A stretch of 64,000 bases of DNA from Psammoneis japonica (taxonomy: Eukaryota), in NCBI GenBank assembly GCA_008632985.1, contig QPGO01000154.1, positions 62,001-126,000 of the forward strand. The letters run 5' to 3'. This document shows, piece by piece, positions 25,760-36,389 of the stretch. Position numbers and translations under genes: made by a program. The notes under the pieces were generated by a model, which was given only the letters and a program-made list of their open reading frames with translations, was not told where the DNA came from and searched no databases. Position 1 is the stretch's first letter. The number at the start of each line of letters is the position of its first letter.

Positions 25760-26809
25760 TCATTCCAGCCCACACACAGACATGCTGGTGAGAGCCCCGC
25801 CATAAATTCCTTTCGACTTTACTTTCTCGCGTCGTTTCAAAAACTCTTCGTATCCCTCGAATTCATTCAACTGTGTGTTTGTCATTTTGTTCCCGTGAAG
25901 ATTGAGGTCAATCAACGGGGTGTCTGTGAAGAGGGACGCTGGAAGTGGTTGTGGATTCTTGGAAGTAAACGTCGTGGACGTTACGCGGATCTTATTATTC
26001 TTCAGAGACAAACCTTGAGCTTTTTTAGTTTGCCAATCTCTTCGGGTAAGGACACGATGCAGTTGTTGTCCAAATTCAGTTCTGACAGTGACACAAGATT
26101 TGCAATTTCTGTTGGCACCGAAGCAAGGTTGTTTGAAGATAGGTCAAGCTTTTCAAGTTTCACCAACGTGGAGCTCACAACAGGACGAGGCACAGATGCT
26201 AGGTGATTCGCATCCAGTTTGAGTTGCTTCAGAGTTTTTGGTAGTGGTGGTAATGGATCTGGCTGAGGACGCTGAGGATGCGCGGAGGGGTGTTTTCGTT
26301 CCACCTTGGTTCCAAGCTGGTTGCTACCGACCGACAGTGATTGCAGTTTCGATAACTTTGAAATCGGCATCAAAGATCCGGCTTCAAGCTTATTCTCATC
26401 AAAGTTCAATTTTTTCAAGTTCGAAAGAGTCGCAAACTGCCCTCCAAGTCTCCTAATGTTGTTTCTTGACAAATCTAAAGTTTGCAGGCCAGGGATTCTT
26501 CCCACAAACAGAAACACAAAGGTACGGAAACAGGACAACCTCAGAGAGATGAAATCGCGCTTTTCTTGTCAATAAGGCTTTTTCCTACTTACTGATAAAC
26601 TTGAGCGGGTACCTCATCTAAGCTGTGTTCCGTCAGGGACAACACTCCCGTCTTCTTGGCATTCTCGAGTTTCTTTTTGAGAGTCACTCATGATCGGTTA
26701 GAAGGATTGAAGTCGAGGCAGAAATTCGTGCATTTATTCTCAAAGAACCTACCTGAGTGACTGCCTTTCTTCCAGTCCGGTTGGTAGGCTGTGATCCATG
26801 GTTCCCCAT
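25760..26809 (-). CDS. Leucine-rich repeat protein, LRRC57-like (introns; apparent 1-nt frameshift at 26010-26012)
   Basis: MGN start, KLENAKKTGVLSL exon, LxxLxLxxN repeats, C-terminal GYEEFLKRR. KLKV-LSLKNN is restored by adding one base to the homopolymer run. Confidence 0.8.
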
Positions 26810-27549
26810 CTTGCTTCGCCCTGTGTCAACGTTATTGGTTATTGTTGTTGCTGTATGGTGGCGCTGTGGGTTGTGAACTGCAAGATGCAACAAGAAGCAA
26901 GAAGCGAAACCCGCGATCTGCGATCTGCGATCCAGATCTCACGCACAGCGCGGCAGTGGCTGCAAAATTCGTGACTCATAACGGCACTCGTGACTCGTGA
27001 CCGGATCGTCGCTGGCCTTTCGTTGCTTTTCACTCAGAGCGAGAGCAGTCCATTAGTATGAATAGCAAAGGATTTATAGTCTATCTTAAAAATCCTTGAG
27101 TAGTAGGGCCCTACTCTCTAGCTCTACAGTAGGTACCGGTAGCTTCTTTACTCCCTCTCTATAGGCTGGTAGAGGGCCTCTAGAAGGCCTACTCCAGTTG
27201 GTCCTCAACCGCCGAATACGCTGGAAAAATTCATCTTCATGTGTCGCCAGAGCTCTTGGATGAATTCGTAAGGGATGATTTCGTCCTTTTCTGACGACGG
27301 TGGCTCATTGACCATTGAACTCGTCGTGATTACACAGCTTTTCATTTGCACAGCCGTCAATCTATGTATTTTAGTATGTACGTTTGTATACCTATTATGC
27401 TCCGACCCTCTCAAAACTACACGGGAGTTGGTTAGCAAGCTTTCTGGATCCTTGTCGGTCTTTACTACATACCGGTAAAAGTAGACTAGCTGACAGGGCA
27501 TTGGGTGAACAACAATCTCAATTAAAATTACAAAGTAAAGATTGTTTAC

Positions 27550-28173
27550 TTAGAAGACACCCTCTCCATCACCGAACGGGGAAAAGTGAGAAGCAGCGTA
27601 TTGCTCGTACATGGTCTGGCCGGTCATGCATTCCACAACCATGTTTCCCAAGATACCCATCATGGCGGCACGGCCGTTGTTGAGCTCGGCGTTAAGCTTT
27701 CGTGCCTTCTCTTCGGGGTCCTTGATGTTGTCACCGAACCAGCCGACACCGTAGTCTCCGTCGTACTTGGAGGCAGGCATCCATGCAAGCTCGACAAGAG
27801 CAAAGAAGAAGAGAATCTGGAGAAGACCAGCAGTGGGGATGGCCCGGATTCCGTCGACACCGGTGGGGATGTCAGAGAACTTAAGGTTCTCACTGGGGCT
27901 GAGGTACCCATCGAAAGTGATGTGGTTGTTGTGGACAATGCATCCAACAACGGCAGCCATTGCAACACGTCCATGCTTACGTTCGACAGCACGACGGCGC
28001 TCGAAGGCCTCAGGTTCACCATCCAACCATCCAAGAGGATCGTAGACACCAAGAGGTGCGGTGGCACCGAGCTCAAGCTCGTTGACGTTAAGGGCGGTGG
28101 ACGCCTTGCCGGTTTGGGCAGGGGCGAAAGCGGCGGCAGAGCCGATGAGAAGAGCAGCGACAGCGAGCTTCAT
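27550..28173 (-). CDS. Fucoxanthin-chlorophyll a/c binding light-harvesting protein (Lhc family)
   Basis: AAA-FAP presequence, YDPLG, ERKHGRVAMAA, ELNNGRAAM. Confidence 0.97.
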   Translation of the reverse strand: MKLAVAALLIGSAAAFAPAQTGKASTALNVNELELGATAPLGVYDPLGWLDGEPEAFERRRAVERKHGRVAMAAVVGCIVHNNHITFDGYLSPSENLKFSDIPTGVDGIRAIPTAGLLQILFFFALVELAWMPASKYDGDYGVGWFGDNIKDPEEKARKLNAELNNGRAAMMGILGNMVVECMTGQTMYEQYAASHFSPFGDGEGVF

Positions 28174-28385
28174 GGTGGATGGATGTTGAATCTATGGGTT
28201 TGACAAAGATGTGTGCATTGATGGTACCTCCCGTACAGTTTGTTTGCGTTGCGTCACTGTCGATCCTCGTTCGTCGCGATCCGCGATCCGCCAAATTCAA
28301 CTTGTGCTTCATTCTTGACGACGTACGGACCACAACCTTCGCAATGCGCGCCCGCTCACTTCATTCGCGCGCTAATGATTAATGT

Positions 28386-28393
28386 TGACGTCA
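28386..28393. promoter_or_regulatory. TGACGTCA palindrome upstream of the Lhc gene
   Basis: Exact palindrome about 210 bp upstream of the Lhc ATG, in a divergent promoter. Confidence 0.4.
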
Positions 28394-28465
28394 CGAGAGA
28401 TTGTCGGAACGAACGAAGTCTTGTGGCCATGGGTTTTGTTGTTTTGTTTTTCGAGATGAATGAAT

Positions 28466-28495
28466 GAGCTGGAGCTGGAGCTGGAGCTGGAGCTG
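28466..28495. repeat. (GAGCTG)5 microsatellite
   Basis: Read directly from the sequence. Confidence 0.9.
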
Positions 28496-28664
28496 GTGCC
28501 GTCTTTCGTCTTCGTCACATTCGGTAATCCCATCTACTGTGCATACCAGGGACTTTTCTTAGAACTAAATCAGCGGCTAAAAACGGTTCCCCGAAAGGCG
28601 CTTCCTCTTCTCCATCCGAATCGGCGGAATCCATCAGTCCATCAAGAAACAGTTGCCATTTATA

Positions 28665-29367
28665 ATGATGTTGCCGGTGCTTCGACGAGTGGGGGGTGTC
28701 AAAGAATACGAGGGGAGTTTGAAGGTTTGATGCAAGGACTTGGATACAAGCGGCTTTCTTGTCGAATTAGGACGAGAAGAAAAATCGAAAGTCGTCATCC
28801 CTTTTCAGAATGGACTAGAGGAACAGATCTGCTCGCCGAGTCACTAGCGTTTGGAAAACAACCGAAAATCGTATTGAATGCTTATTCACCGTCTGGTTTT
28901 GATGTTTTGGGTATGATTGAGAAGGTTTCTGAAGAAGAAACCTCCACATCGGGTGTGGTACACATGGACGGATCAATAATTGTATTTCCTCATGCGTGCT
29001 TCCTGTGGAAGATAAAGGATGCGTCGGATGTCACCGTTGAGTCTTTATCTGCGGTCATGTTGCACAAACCGAATCTAAAGTATTTATTTTTGGGATGTAA
29101 TGGGGAGATTGCGCAAGACGAACTTTTGAAAATAAAAACTGAATTCAAGGAGAAGGCCGGCATCATAGTGGAAAGACTTGATGTGGTGAGTACGCAACAG
29201 CCTTTTCTGTTCTTGTGCCGCCCCGTCTAGTATTGCTATATCCTAAAGCTCACTCCACCATTGCATTTTCTTAACTATAGGCGAATGCAATGGGCACATT
29301 CAACATTTTGAATGGAGAAGATCGTCTAGTAGCTGCAGCTCTAGTTGTTGACAAGGATCAGAAATGA
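28665..29367 (+). CDS. NDUFAF3: NDUFAF3/Mth938-like complex I assembly factor (apparent frameshift at G-run 28691-28696; intron 29186-29280)
   Basis: AYSPSGF, GSIIVFP, LFLGC, spliced NAMGTFNILNGEDRLVAAAL. The presequence MMLPVLRRVGG joins the frame if one G is added. Confidence 0.8.
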
Positions 29368-29755
29368 AATGGGTGACTCTCCCTTTTCTTTACAAAATAT
29401 AGAACAAAATGATTCCATTGTTCAGTAGTTATTCTGCTTGATAAGTAGTCTATGTCGAAAGGAACGGCGCTGTTGTATTGTGTGTGAAGTCCGTCAATTC
29501 TGTTCTTATCGACAATAAGCGCCTCGATCGAGGCGTTGGTCCTTACGAGCTATTCGAGCTCTGAGCATCTGAAGCAGGCGGCATCAAGCCAAGAAGTTGG
29601 ACGTTTGGAGTTGCTCCACAATGGTTTGCTTTTCCCTTGTATTACATCACCGGAGACGCTCCACGCTATCTTCTTCATTTCGTTTGAAGTTGCCCGCTAC
29701 GCGTAGTTCCAAACTCGTCATAAGTTCTGACGACACAGCACTGCGTTCACATAAT

Positions 29756-30307
29756 ATGGATCCACCTGCGACGCCATATGTCGGCTCCGAAGGAGATGAC
29801 TCGCTTTCGACGCAAGAGAGGGCTGTCGCTAACTCTATCGTTGATGATTTAATATCTTCGATTTGCGTTGATATTGCATGTGGTATTCATCGTAATATAA
29901 AAACTGGCGTGCTGCCTTACACCGAGTTGATGACCCCCAAGACTCGCAAAGAGGTGTATCCAGAGATTTTTGGCGCCGACAACGACGAAAGGAACCCAAA
30001 TAGTCGGCTTATTAATGAGGAACCGGTATCACTAGAAAAGGCTAGAAGCGCAGTATCTGACGTCGAAGACACAAATGATCAGAATACAACCGAACCCTTA
30101 AACTCCGGCACAACTTCAATAGCTACCCGCGGTAGCGTGAACAACACAGATATCTGGGGTCGCATTCCTCCAAAGGAGCCAAAGAATCCAGTGACGTGCC
30201 CTATATGCAGTCGTCAAGTTAGTACTCTTCGATTCGCACCTCATTTGGATAAGTGCATGGGTATTGGGACCACCGTTCGATCCGCAGCAAATGGAAATCG
30301 AGCGTAA
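29756..30307 (+). CDS. SGF11: SAGA-associated factor 11 (Sgf11/ATXN7L3)
   Basis: N-terminal helix DDLISSICVDIACGIHR and zinc finger CPICSRQVSTLRFAPHLDKCMG. Confidence 0.88.
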   Translation: MDPPATPYVGSEGDDSLSTQERAVANSIVDDLISSICVDIACGIHRNIKTGVLPYTELMTPKTRKEVYPEIFGADNDERNPNSRLINEEPVSLEKARSAVSDVEDTNDQNTTEPLNSGTTSIATRGSVNNTDIWGRIPPKEPKNPVTCPICSRQVSTLRFAPHLDKCMGIGTTVRSAANGNRA

Positions 30308-30497
30308 AAGAAGATTTTCCTTCCAATGGATCTCTACTCCTTTGATTTCGGTAGGGTATGCCACACCGTAACGCGCTATTGCAGAATGGCAGGATAGAGT
30401 GGAATTATAGTATCTCACTGCATGATAGAATGGCCAACTATCCAATACCCACAACTATTGCAGAAGCTGAAAGAAGTAAACTGGTTGAGTCTTGGGT

Positions 30498-32597
30498 TTA
30501 CTTATGGACAGCGAGGTAGTTCTGAGTTATCGTGAGTGGCAACCACACAGCATATTCCAACCAGCTAAAGAAAAGCCGGATACATGGAATGAAAAGTGCA
30601 AATGACCACCGAGTAACACGAATAGGGCCGATCTGTATCGAAGCTTTAATCAGCTCGTTAACAATCTTGCTCACTTCCTCCATCGCCGGATTCAGAATTA
30701 GCTGCAGAACCAAGCCAGGAAGAATCCAACGAGTGAAGAATGGCTTTGGCACCAGCGTGCCGCTCTCGTCAAACTCTCCTGTCCAGAAAGTAACGGGGAC
30801 ATCCAGAAAACAGACCATACCGATTATGAGAATCGTTTCTTCCAAGATGAACTTCAACGTCTCAATGTATATTGATTGCGCAACGATGACCAAAGCATTG
30901 CTACAATACCAAGGATGTTCCTCCCGATCCCAACTAGCCAGGATCTTTTCATTACGCCATCTCTGAATTCTCCTTCGAAGAGGCTTGCGGCCTTCGGTTT
31001 CCATGGAATCGAGAGGGACAAGACCAGGCGGGGAGCATTCCTTCCTCTCGTCAATGGGAATGGGAACGACGAAATATTCAATAATTCTTGCGGTGCTTTT
31101 AGGCTTGCCTGGTATTTTCTTGCCGTACCGTTTGAGCCTCGGCTTAATGATCAAATGGGTTATCTCAAAGAGGACACAAATAACAAAGAGAGCTTTCCAA
31201 GTGACAGCGAATGTTGTGTTTGGCCTCAACAGCAGCTTCTGGCTGAGGGACTTCTCCTCCTCGACTCCAACTTCTTCCTGCAGTTGGTACAGTCGCCGTC
31301 TTTCCTCAGCAGTTAAACGTCCCTTGTTCTTGAGCAATTTTTTCCTTTCTTCCTCCTGTAGCTTTTTCAGTTCCTCCTTCTTTATAAGCAAGCGCAGTCT
31401 TGCACGGGTCAGCATGGCCTTGAACACTCTCTGCATTTTGATTGCGGCAAGAGTAGCCTTATCCCCTCGAAGAATCTTGAGTGCAGCAACCGTCCTGGCA
31501 GTTCGATGGGCTCTCCATGTCTTCTGAATTACAACTGCGGCAGCCTCTCGTAACTCGTCGTCGGTCAAATGCTTCCATAGTTGTCGACGAATTCTTGCAG
31601 CTCTGGCCGCCTTCCTTTTCTGAGCGCTTTTCTTCAAGAGATCATTTACATTACCCTTTAGTTTGTTTCCAGTTCCAATCAAAGGCGCAAGATATTGTAT
31701 CCACCGAACTACTGTGAGTGTTTTTCGTACACGCCTGGTAAATGTCTTGGGGTGTTTGATTGCCATGAAAGCCAAACGTCGTGTAAGCCGCCTTCTGAAT
31801 CGTTTCATAACTTTTTGCACCGCCGCAATTTGAGTGCCTGCGAGGCGAGAGGCGATCAATAGAAAGTGATGAATAATTGCGTAAGCCACACTTTGAGTTG
31901 TGTGAGTGGTGATGGTTTCGCGGAAAGCTGGCACGTCCTCGGTGTCGTCGTAGACGATTTCGAGTTTTTCTTGATCTCTCACGTCAGCGTCGAAGTTACC
32001 ACGTAAAACATGACGGCAAAGCATAAAGAAGCCCACCGGTAAGAGAAGACACTGCAGTACCAGAGTGCGGAAAAATGGTCCCCACCCACCACTGATCCAT
32101 TCGTCGTAGACAGACAAATCCAAAATTCCAGTTTCTTCTTTGGTTTTAGATGTACTCTGCATGAGACGTTCCTTGTCCCGTATTCGCAACGTCTTTAGAC
32201 GGTTTCGACGTGCGCTCACTATAGCATGCATGAACCACAAAAGCGAAAACACAATCGATATTTCTGTAGCATTTCGTTCGATCCATTCCACCTCGTCGGC
32301 GTACCAGGGAGTTTCCGGCTCTTCCTCCCAGAATTCTCGTGTTCTCCTAAACAGGAACGGATTCTCTTTTTCTTCTTCAGATTCATCATCCCCAGTATCA
32401 GCCATTAACGGAATGACAATCGACAGAAAGTCAAGAAGAGCTGAAAATCCCAACAACAACTGCCAGACTTCAGTGAAGATGGGAATCTCGTACAAAGCAA
32501 AATCTGAAACAAGCGTTCGAGTTTCCTTGTGTTCTACAGCTTCGAGGGCACCATCGTGGCGAACGTCAACGATAGATAGATCACTCTTGGGCGCCAT
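30498..32597 (-). CDS. Multi-pass membrane protein with two IQ calmodulin-binding motifs
   Basis: IQKTWRAHR and MQRVFKAML, a coiled coil, and several TM segments. The C-terminal part resembles S1-S3 of CNBD-type channels, without a visible pore. Confidence 0.75.
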   Translation of the reverse strand: MAPKSDLSIVDVRHDGALEAVEHKETRTLVSDFALYEIPIFTEVWQLLLGFSALLDFLSIVIPLMADTGDDESEEEKENPFLFRRTREFWEEEPETPWYADEVEWIERNATEISIVFSLLWFMHAIVSARRNRLKTLRIRDKERLMQSTSKTKEETGILDLSVYDEWISGGWGPFFRTLVLQCLLLPVGFFMLCRHVLRGNFDADVRDQEKLEIVYDDTEDVPAFRETITTHTTQSVAYAIIHHFLLIASRLAGTQIAAVQKVMKRFRRRLTRRLAFMAIKHPKTFTRRVRKTLTVVRWIQYLAPLIGTGNKLKGNVNDLLKKSAQKRKAARAARIRRQLWKHLTDDELREAAAVVIQKTWRAHRTARTVAALKILRGDKATLAAIKMQRVFKAMLTRARLRLLIKKEELKKLQEEERKKLLKNKGRLTAEERRRLYQLQEEVGVEEEKSLSQKLLLRPNTTFAVTWKALFVICVLFEITHLIIKPRLKRYGKKIPGKPKSTARIIEYFVVPIPIDERKECSPPGLVPLDSMETEGRKPLRRRIQRWRNEKILASWDREEHPWYCSNALVIVAQSIYIETLKFILEETILIIGMVCFLDVPVTFWTGEFDESGTLVPKPFFTRWILPGLVLQLILNPAMEEVSKIVNELIKASIQIGPIRVTRWSFALFIPCIRLFFSWLEYAVWLPLTITQNYLAVHK

Positions 32598-33054
32598 TAT
32601 GAAACTAGCTTTGCACTGTGGCTGTACCCAAACGTTCCAGTCTGAAATGGTAGGTTGTATCGTCGTCAAGCGAGGTTGTCATCGGCTTGAAGCTTGAAGA
32701 GAGAAGTGAGGAGTATCTTCACTTCTCTTGAACCGATCGAACAACCTTTGAACGATCTCAACGCTCAACGCAGATTTCCCTCCACCCGGCTCGCGCGACA
32801 ATTGCCCCTTCTTGGAGGGAATTTTTGGAAGATTTCCAGCTTTGCATGCACCCAGCACCAACCCGCCCGCCACACGCCTCCAATTTACTGTAAGGTTATG
32901 CATCGCATCGTTCATCGTTCACCACAAACAAAACTCTAGAAGCAGAAGAAAAGTGTAATTCAACCAGCACCTGACAAAATGGTGTTACCGCTACGTCGAT
33001 AGTCTTTTACGTGTATTAAAATCAAAATAGCCCCTGCTGCTACCGTGATTGGCG

Positions 33055-34611
33055 ATGAGCAATGACAAAGAATGCCGAAAACGTGTTTACGTGGACGTCG
33101 TTGTACCGGTTCACAACGCCGAGGAAACAATTTTCGAGACTGTCGAATCTGGAATGAACCAGGTCGCCCCGTTGCATTTATCTAAACATGCAGTCGACAT
33201 TGATTTGGCAGTTTGCTGCTACAATGATGGTTCGACTGATAAGAGCTGGTCTATTCTCTGTGGACTGAAGGAAAAATATGAGACTACGTCCACTAGATCT
33301 TCATACCCCGAAGACATCGCTCACCGTCCAGAATCATCGACAATGCGTATCGTGAGATCAACGCTTTTAATTGACACGAGTGAGGATGGACGTGCCCGTG
33401 GAGCTGGTTATGCTCGAAACAAGGCAGCTTCTATGAGAATGAAGAACTGTCCAATTGATTTGCCGGAAGACGATCTTTACTTTCTTTGTCTGCTTGATAG
33501 CGACGACATTATGCATTGCACACGTGTGGCAGAGCAGCTTGATGAAATTCTTTCTATACCTTACGAAAATAGATGTCGCACTCTTCTCGGGTGTACATTC
33601 AATAGAGACCCTCCCGACTCAACATGGCATTATTCGTCATGGGCGAACAATCTGACAGATGAGCGTCTAATGTTGGAACGATACAGAGAAATTACAGTGC
33701 TGCAGCCGACATGGTTTTTGCCAAAGTCACGTTTTCTTGAGCTTGGTGGATATATTGAACCGCCTATCCAAGAAGAGAATGACTCAGAGGAAGGGAATCG
33801 TGCTGCTATCCAGAACTTGTCCGCAACTGGTCGCTTCCGACTCATCCACCCTGCATACGATACTTTATCCAGTTTGCGCCTTGCCGAGGACTTGCGTTTC
33901 TTTCATGAACATCTACTTGCCAATGGACTGGTGCGTCTTCACCGAGCATTTACACCGCTTGTTACCTATCGCCACCGAGCTGGACAGTCCCAAAGTTCTC
34001 AAACGCCACGAAAGCTACTTCTTCACCTTCGCGTGCTTGCGTTTGAAAAGAGTGTGCTGCGCTCCGACCCAGTTTGGCTTGAAAACAATGGGTCCTTTGT
34101 TATATGGGGTGCAGGACGCGACGGGAAAGATTTTCTCAAGGCTTTGAGTCAAGACTTGCAAAGTCGAGTCGCATGCTTTGTGGACGTTGACAAGAAGAAA
34201 ATTGCAGCTCGCTACTACGAAAACAAAAACATGGGGATCAAGATTCCAATCATCCACTTCGCCTTGCTGGCAAAGGACTTGTCAACTCGACAGAGGCTGC
34301 TATCTGAATGGGAAGCGCAAGACCAATCAAGTGATTCAGTGATTGCTGGACGCATCGACAAGAGCCGAAAAGACCCAGGCTCGCAGGAACCATCGAGGTC
34401 ATCAAAGAAGCGAGGCAACAACAGCGACAACACAAACATCAGAGAAGCAAAGCGAATTAAATCCCACAATGTCGACGAGCTTGACTCGTCGCTTCTACCT
34501 TCGCTTCCTGTGGTGGTTTGCGTGGCCATGTACCGGACACAGGGTGTCCTTGAAAAGAATGTTCAGAGTATAGGACGCACCGAAGGGAAGGATCTGTGGC
34601 ACTTCTCTTAG
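33055..34611 (+). CDS. GT2 glycosyltransferase, B3GNTL1/QTGAL-like
   Basis: VVVPVHN, NDGSTD, GAGYARN, LDSDD, QPTWF, EDLRFF, IWGAGRDGK, FVDVDKKKI and C-terminal EGKDLWHFS. Confidence 0.85.
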   Translation: MSNDKECRKRVYVDVVVPVHNAEETIFETVESGMNQVAPLHLSKHAVDIDLAVCCYNDGSTDKSWSILCGLKEKYETTSTRSSYPEDIAHRPESSTMRIVRSTLLIDTSEDGRARGAGYARNKAASMRMKNCPIDLPEDDLYFLCLLDSDDIMHCTRVAEQLDEILSIPYENRCRTLLGCTFNRDPPDSTWHYSSWANNLTDERLMLERYREITVLQPTWFLPKSRFLELGGYIEPPIQEENDSEEGNRAAIQNLSATGRFRLIHPAYDTLSSLRLAEDLRFFHEHLLANGLVRLHRAFTPLVTYRHRAGQSQSSQTPRKLLLHLRVLAFEKSVLRSDPVWLENNGSFVIWGAGRDGKDFLKALSQDLQSRVACFVDVDKKKIAARYYENKNMGIKIPIIHFALLAKDLSTRQRLLSEWEAQDQSSDSVIAGRIDKSRKDPGSQEPSRSSKKRGNNSDNTNIREAKRIKSHNVDELDSSLLPSLPVVVCVAMYRTQGVLEKNVQSIGRTEGKDLWHFS

Positions 34612-34755
34612 TTTTACGGAAAACCTACCATATTTGTCAGTTACGGTGCGTTGCCATGTTGTCTTTTATGGCCGCGTTGTCTTCATCGGCTTTTGTGCGG
34701 TATTGAAACAAGTTTCATGCAGAAGCCTGCCTCATATACTGTTTCTTCCATTCAT

Positions 34756-36234
34756 TCATTTCTGCATCGGGCTTATTTCTGATTTTGAATCGTCGTAAAG
34801 AAGGTGCCACCTCAACACAAAGTCTGGAGCCCGTCTCTCTTTTGTCGCTACTCTTTTCAACAACTTTCTTACATCCCTGGATCGTCTCAATTGTAAATGA
34901 CTTGGTGCTGCGGCGGTGTATCGACCCATGATTTGAAACTGGGATTCGTGGTCCTTTTGTCTAACTATTTCTCTCATAAGCGACTCAGCCGTGACGTTTG
35001 ACGACGACATTTCACCACGCCGATACAGTGCATACTGTCCATCAGGCGTAGATTCCTCGTCGAAATCTGGCAACTCCTCCGTTCGGTTAAGGTATCGTCT
35101 CAGCGCTTGTTGAGAGAATCGATCGTGTCTGATACGCTGATCAAAATAGAGTTCCATTGGTGATGCGGCAATGCGGTTGTGCAATTCTCTATATTGAGAA
35201 AGTGATTCTTGGAAAGTTTCATCCGAAGATTCTGGCATTGAATCAATATGGTGGTCGTTCGACAAAAGTAGCTGCCTCAATTCTTCCGCAATGTAAACCC
35301 GATGCCACGTCTTTTCTCGAAAATCTTGGCTAGACAACGCCGACCTTTGTGGCTTGTGCTCTGCTTCAAAGTTTTCTTCAAGCGATAACCTTCTGCTTAG
35401 CTTGCGACGATCATGTCGATTTCTTGGCAAAGGTCGATCATACTGTCGAATGTCGGTCTCGACTTTTAACAGAGCATCCATCAGCTTCTTTTCTTCGGCA
35501 GACTCCAACAACGGGGTGCCAATCATATCTTCCCAGTGCTTTTTGAGAAGGTTCGCTACATGGAGGCTTGGAAATACCTTGACAGCACGGACATTGCTAC
35601 TACTCGAACTCTTGTCGTGCGGGCTGGCCGTGTAGCGCCTGGAGCGCAAGCATCTCGATCGCAATTCTCGATCTGACGTTGCCACAAACACGTCGGGTTT
35701 ACAGGTTTGCTGTGACAGCCATTGACAATCGTGGGCAATGACATCATCCGCAGTTCGATTCGGTCCAGCAAACACAAGTGTAATACCATGAAAGAGAAAT
35801 GCATTCGGGCGGCATCCATGGTCAATGATGCACACCACAGATCCCTCTTTCATATCGACAGATTGACGCCAAGAAGCTAGGGAGCGGATCAAGTCAAAGG
35901 TGGTAAACTTGAACCCATCAACGCCACGCACATTATTCGCATCGACAACGAGAACAACGTCAGTTCCGTTAACGTCGCCACCGGTCCTCTTTCGGACGCT
36001 TTCGTCAAGATGAGCGAATCGCAATGCTTGCTTAGTATTGTAGAGTTTCTTTTTCGCGTACATTGTCATGGATGAACGGAGCTTTTCTGTTAGGAACATT
36101 GTCTCGTATTGATGACACTGTCGCGTTTGGGAAGATAGCGAAAAAGATGCTGTCCATAATGGTAGTACAAGGAGAAAAATGCCATGAACAAACCACCTCG
36201 AACTTGATTTTCGTCCGATTTTCGTTTCTTTCAT
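34756..36234 (-). CDS. NYN/YacP-like PIN-fold RNase-domain protein, possibly plastid-targeted
   Basis: VVDANNV, TADDVI and VATSDREL acidic motifs; hydrophobic leader ending TAS-FSL. Confidence 0.7.
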   Translation of the reverse strand: MKETKIGRKSSSRWFVHGIFLLVLPLWTASFSLSSQTRQCHQYETMFLTEKLRSSMTMYAKKKLYNTKQALRFAHLDESVRKRTGGDVNGTDVVLVVDANNVRGVDGFKFTTFDLIRSLASWRQSVDMKEGSVVCIIDHGCRPNAFLFHGITLVFAGPNRTADDVIAHDCQWLSQQTCKPDVFVATSDRELRSRCLRSRRYTASPHDKSSSSSNVRAVKVFPSLHVANLLKKHWEDMIGTPLLESAEEKKLMDALLKVETDIRQYDRPLPRNRHDRRKLSRRLSLEENFEAEHKPQRSALSSQDFREKTWHRVYIAEELRQLLLSNDHHIDSMPESSDETFQESLSQYRELHNRIAASPMELYFDQRIRHDRFSQQALRRYLNRTEELPDFDEESTPDGQYALYRRGEMSSSNVTAESLMREIVRQKDHESQFQIMGRYTAAAPSHLQLRRSRDVRKLLKRVATKERRAPDFVLRWHLLYDDSKSEISPMQK

Positions 36235-36389
36235 GTTCTCCTCTTGATGGAAGAATTGAGCCCCCGATGTGTACCTCAGTGAAACGATGTGGATATAGAG
36301 AGCGGACGGGACTATACAGTAGTGGCAGCCGAGGGTGTTGTCCGGCATGTAGCACCGAGACACAAGATCAAGAACAGCGTCACCTACCG

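Noticed and set aside
27586..28203. Long ORFs antisense or alternate-frame to the Lhc gene
   Set aside because: Shadow ORFs caused by strong codon bias.
34756..36234. NYN/PIN gene as the effector of the hypermutation
   Set aside because: Only adjacency supports it. It has RNase-type acidic motifs, no HxE..PCxxC deaminase motif, and a probable organelle leader.
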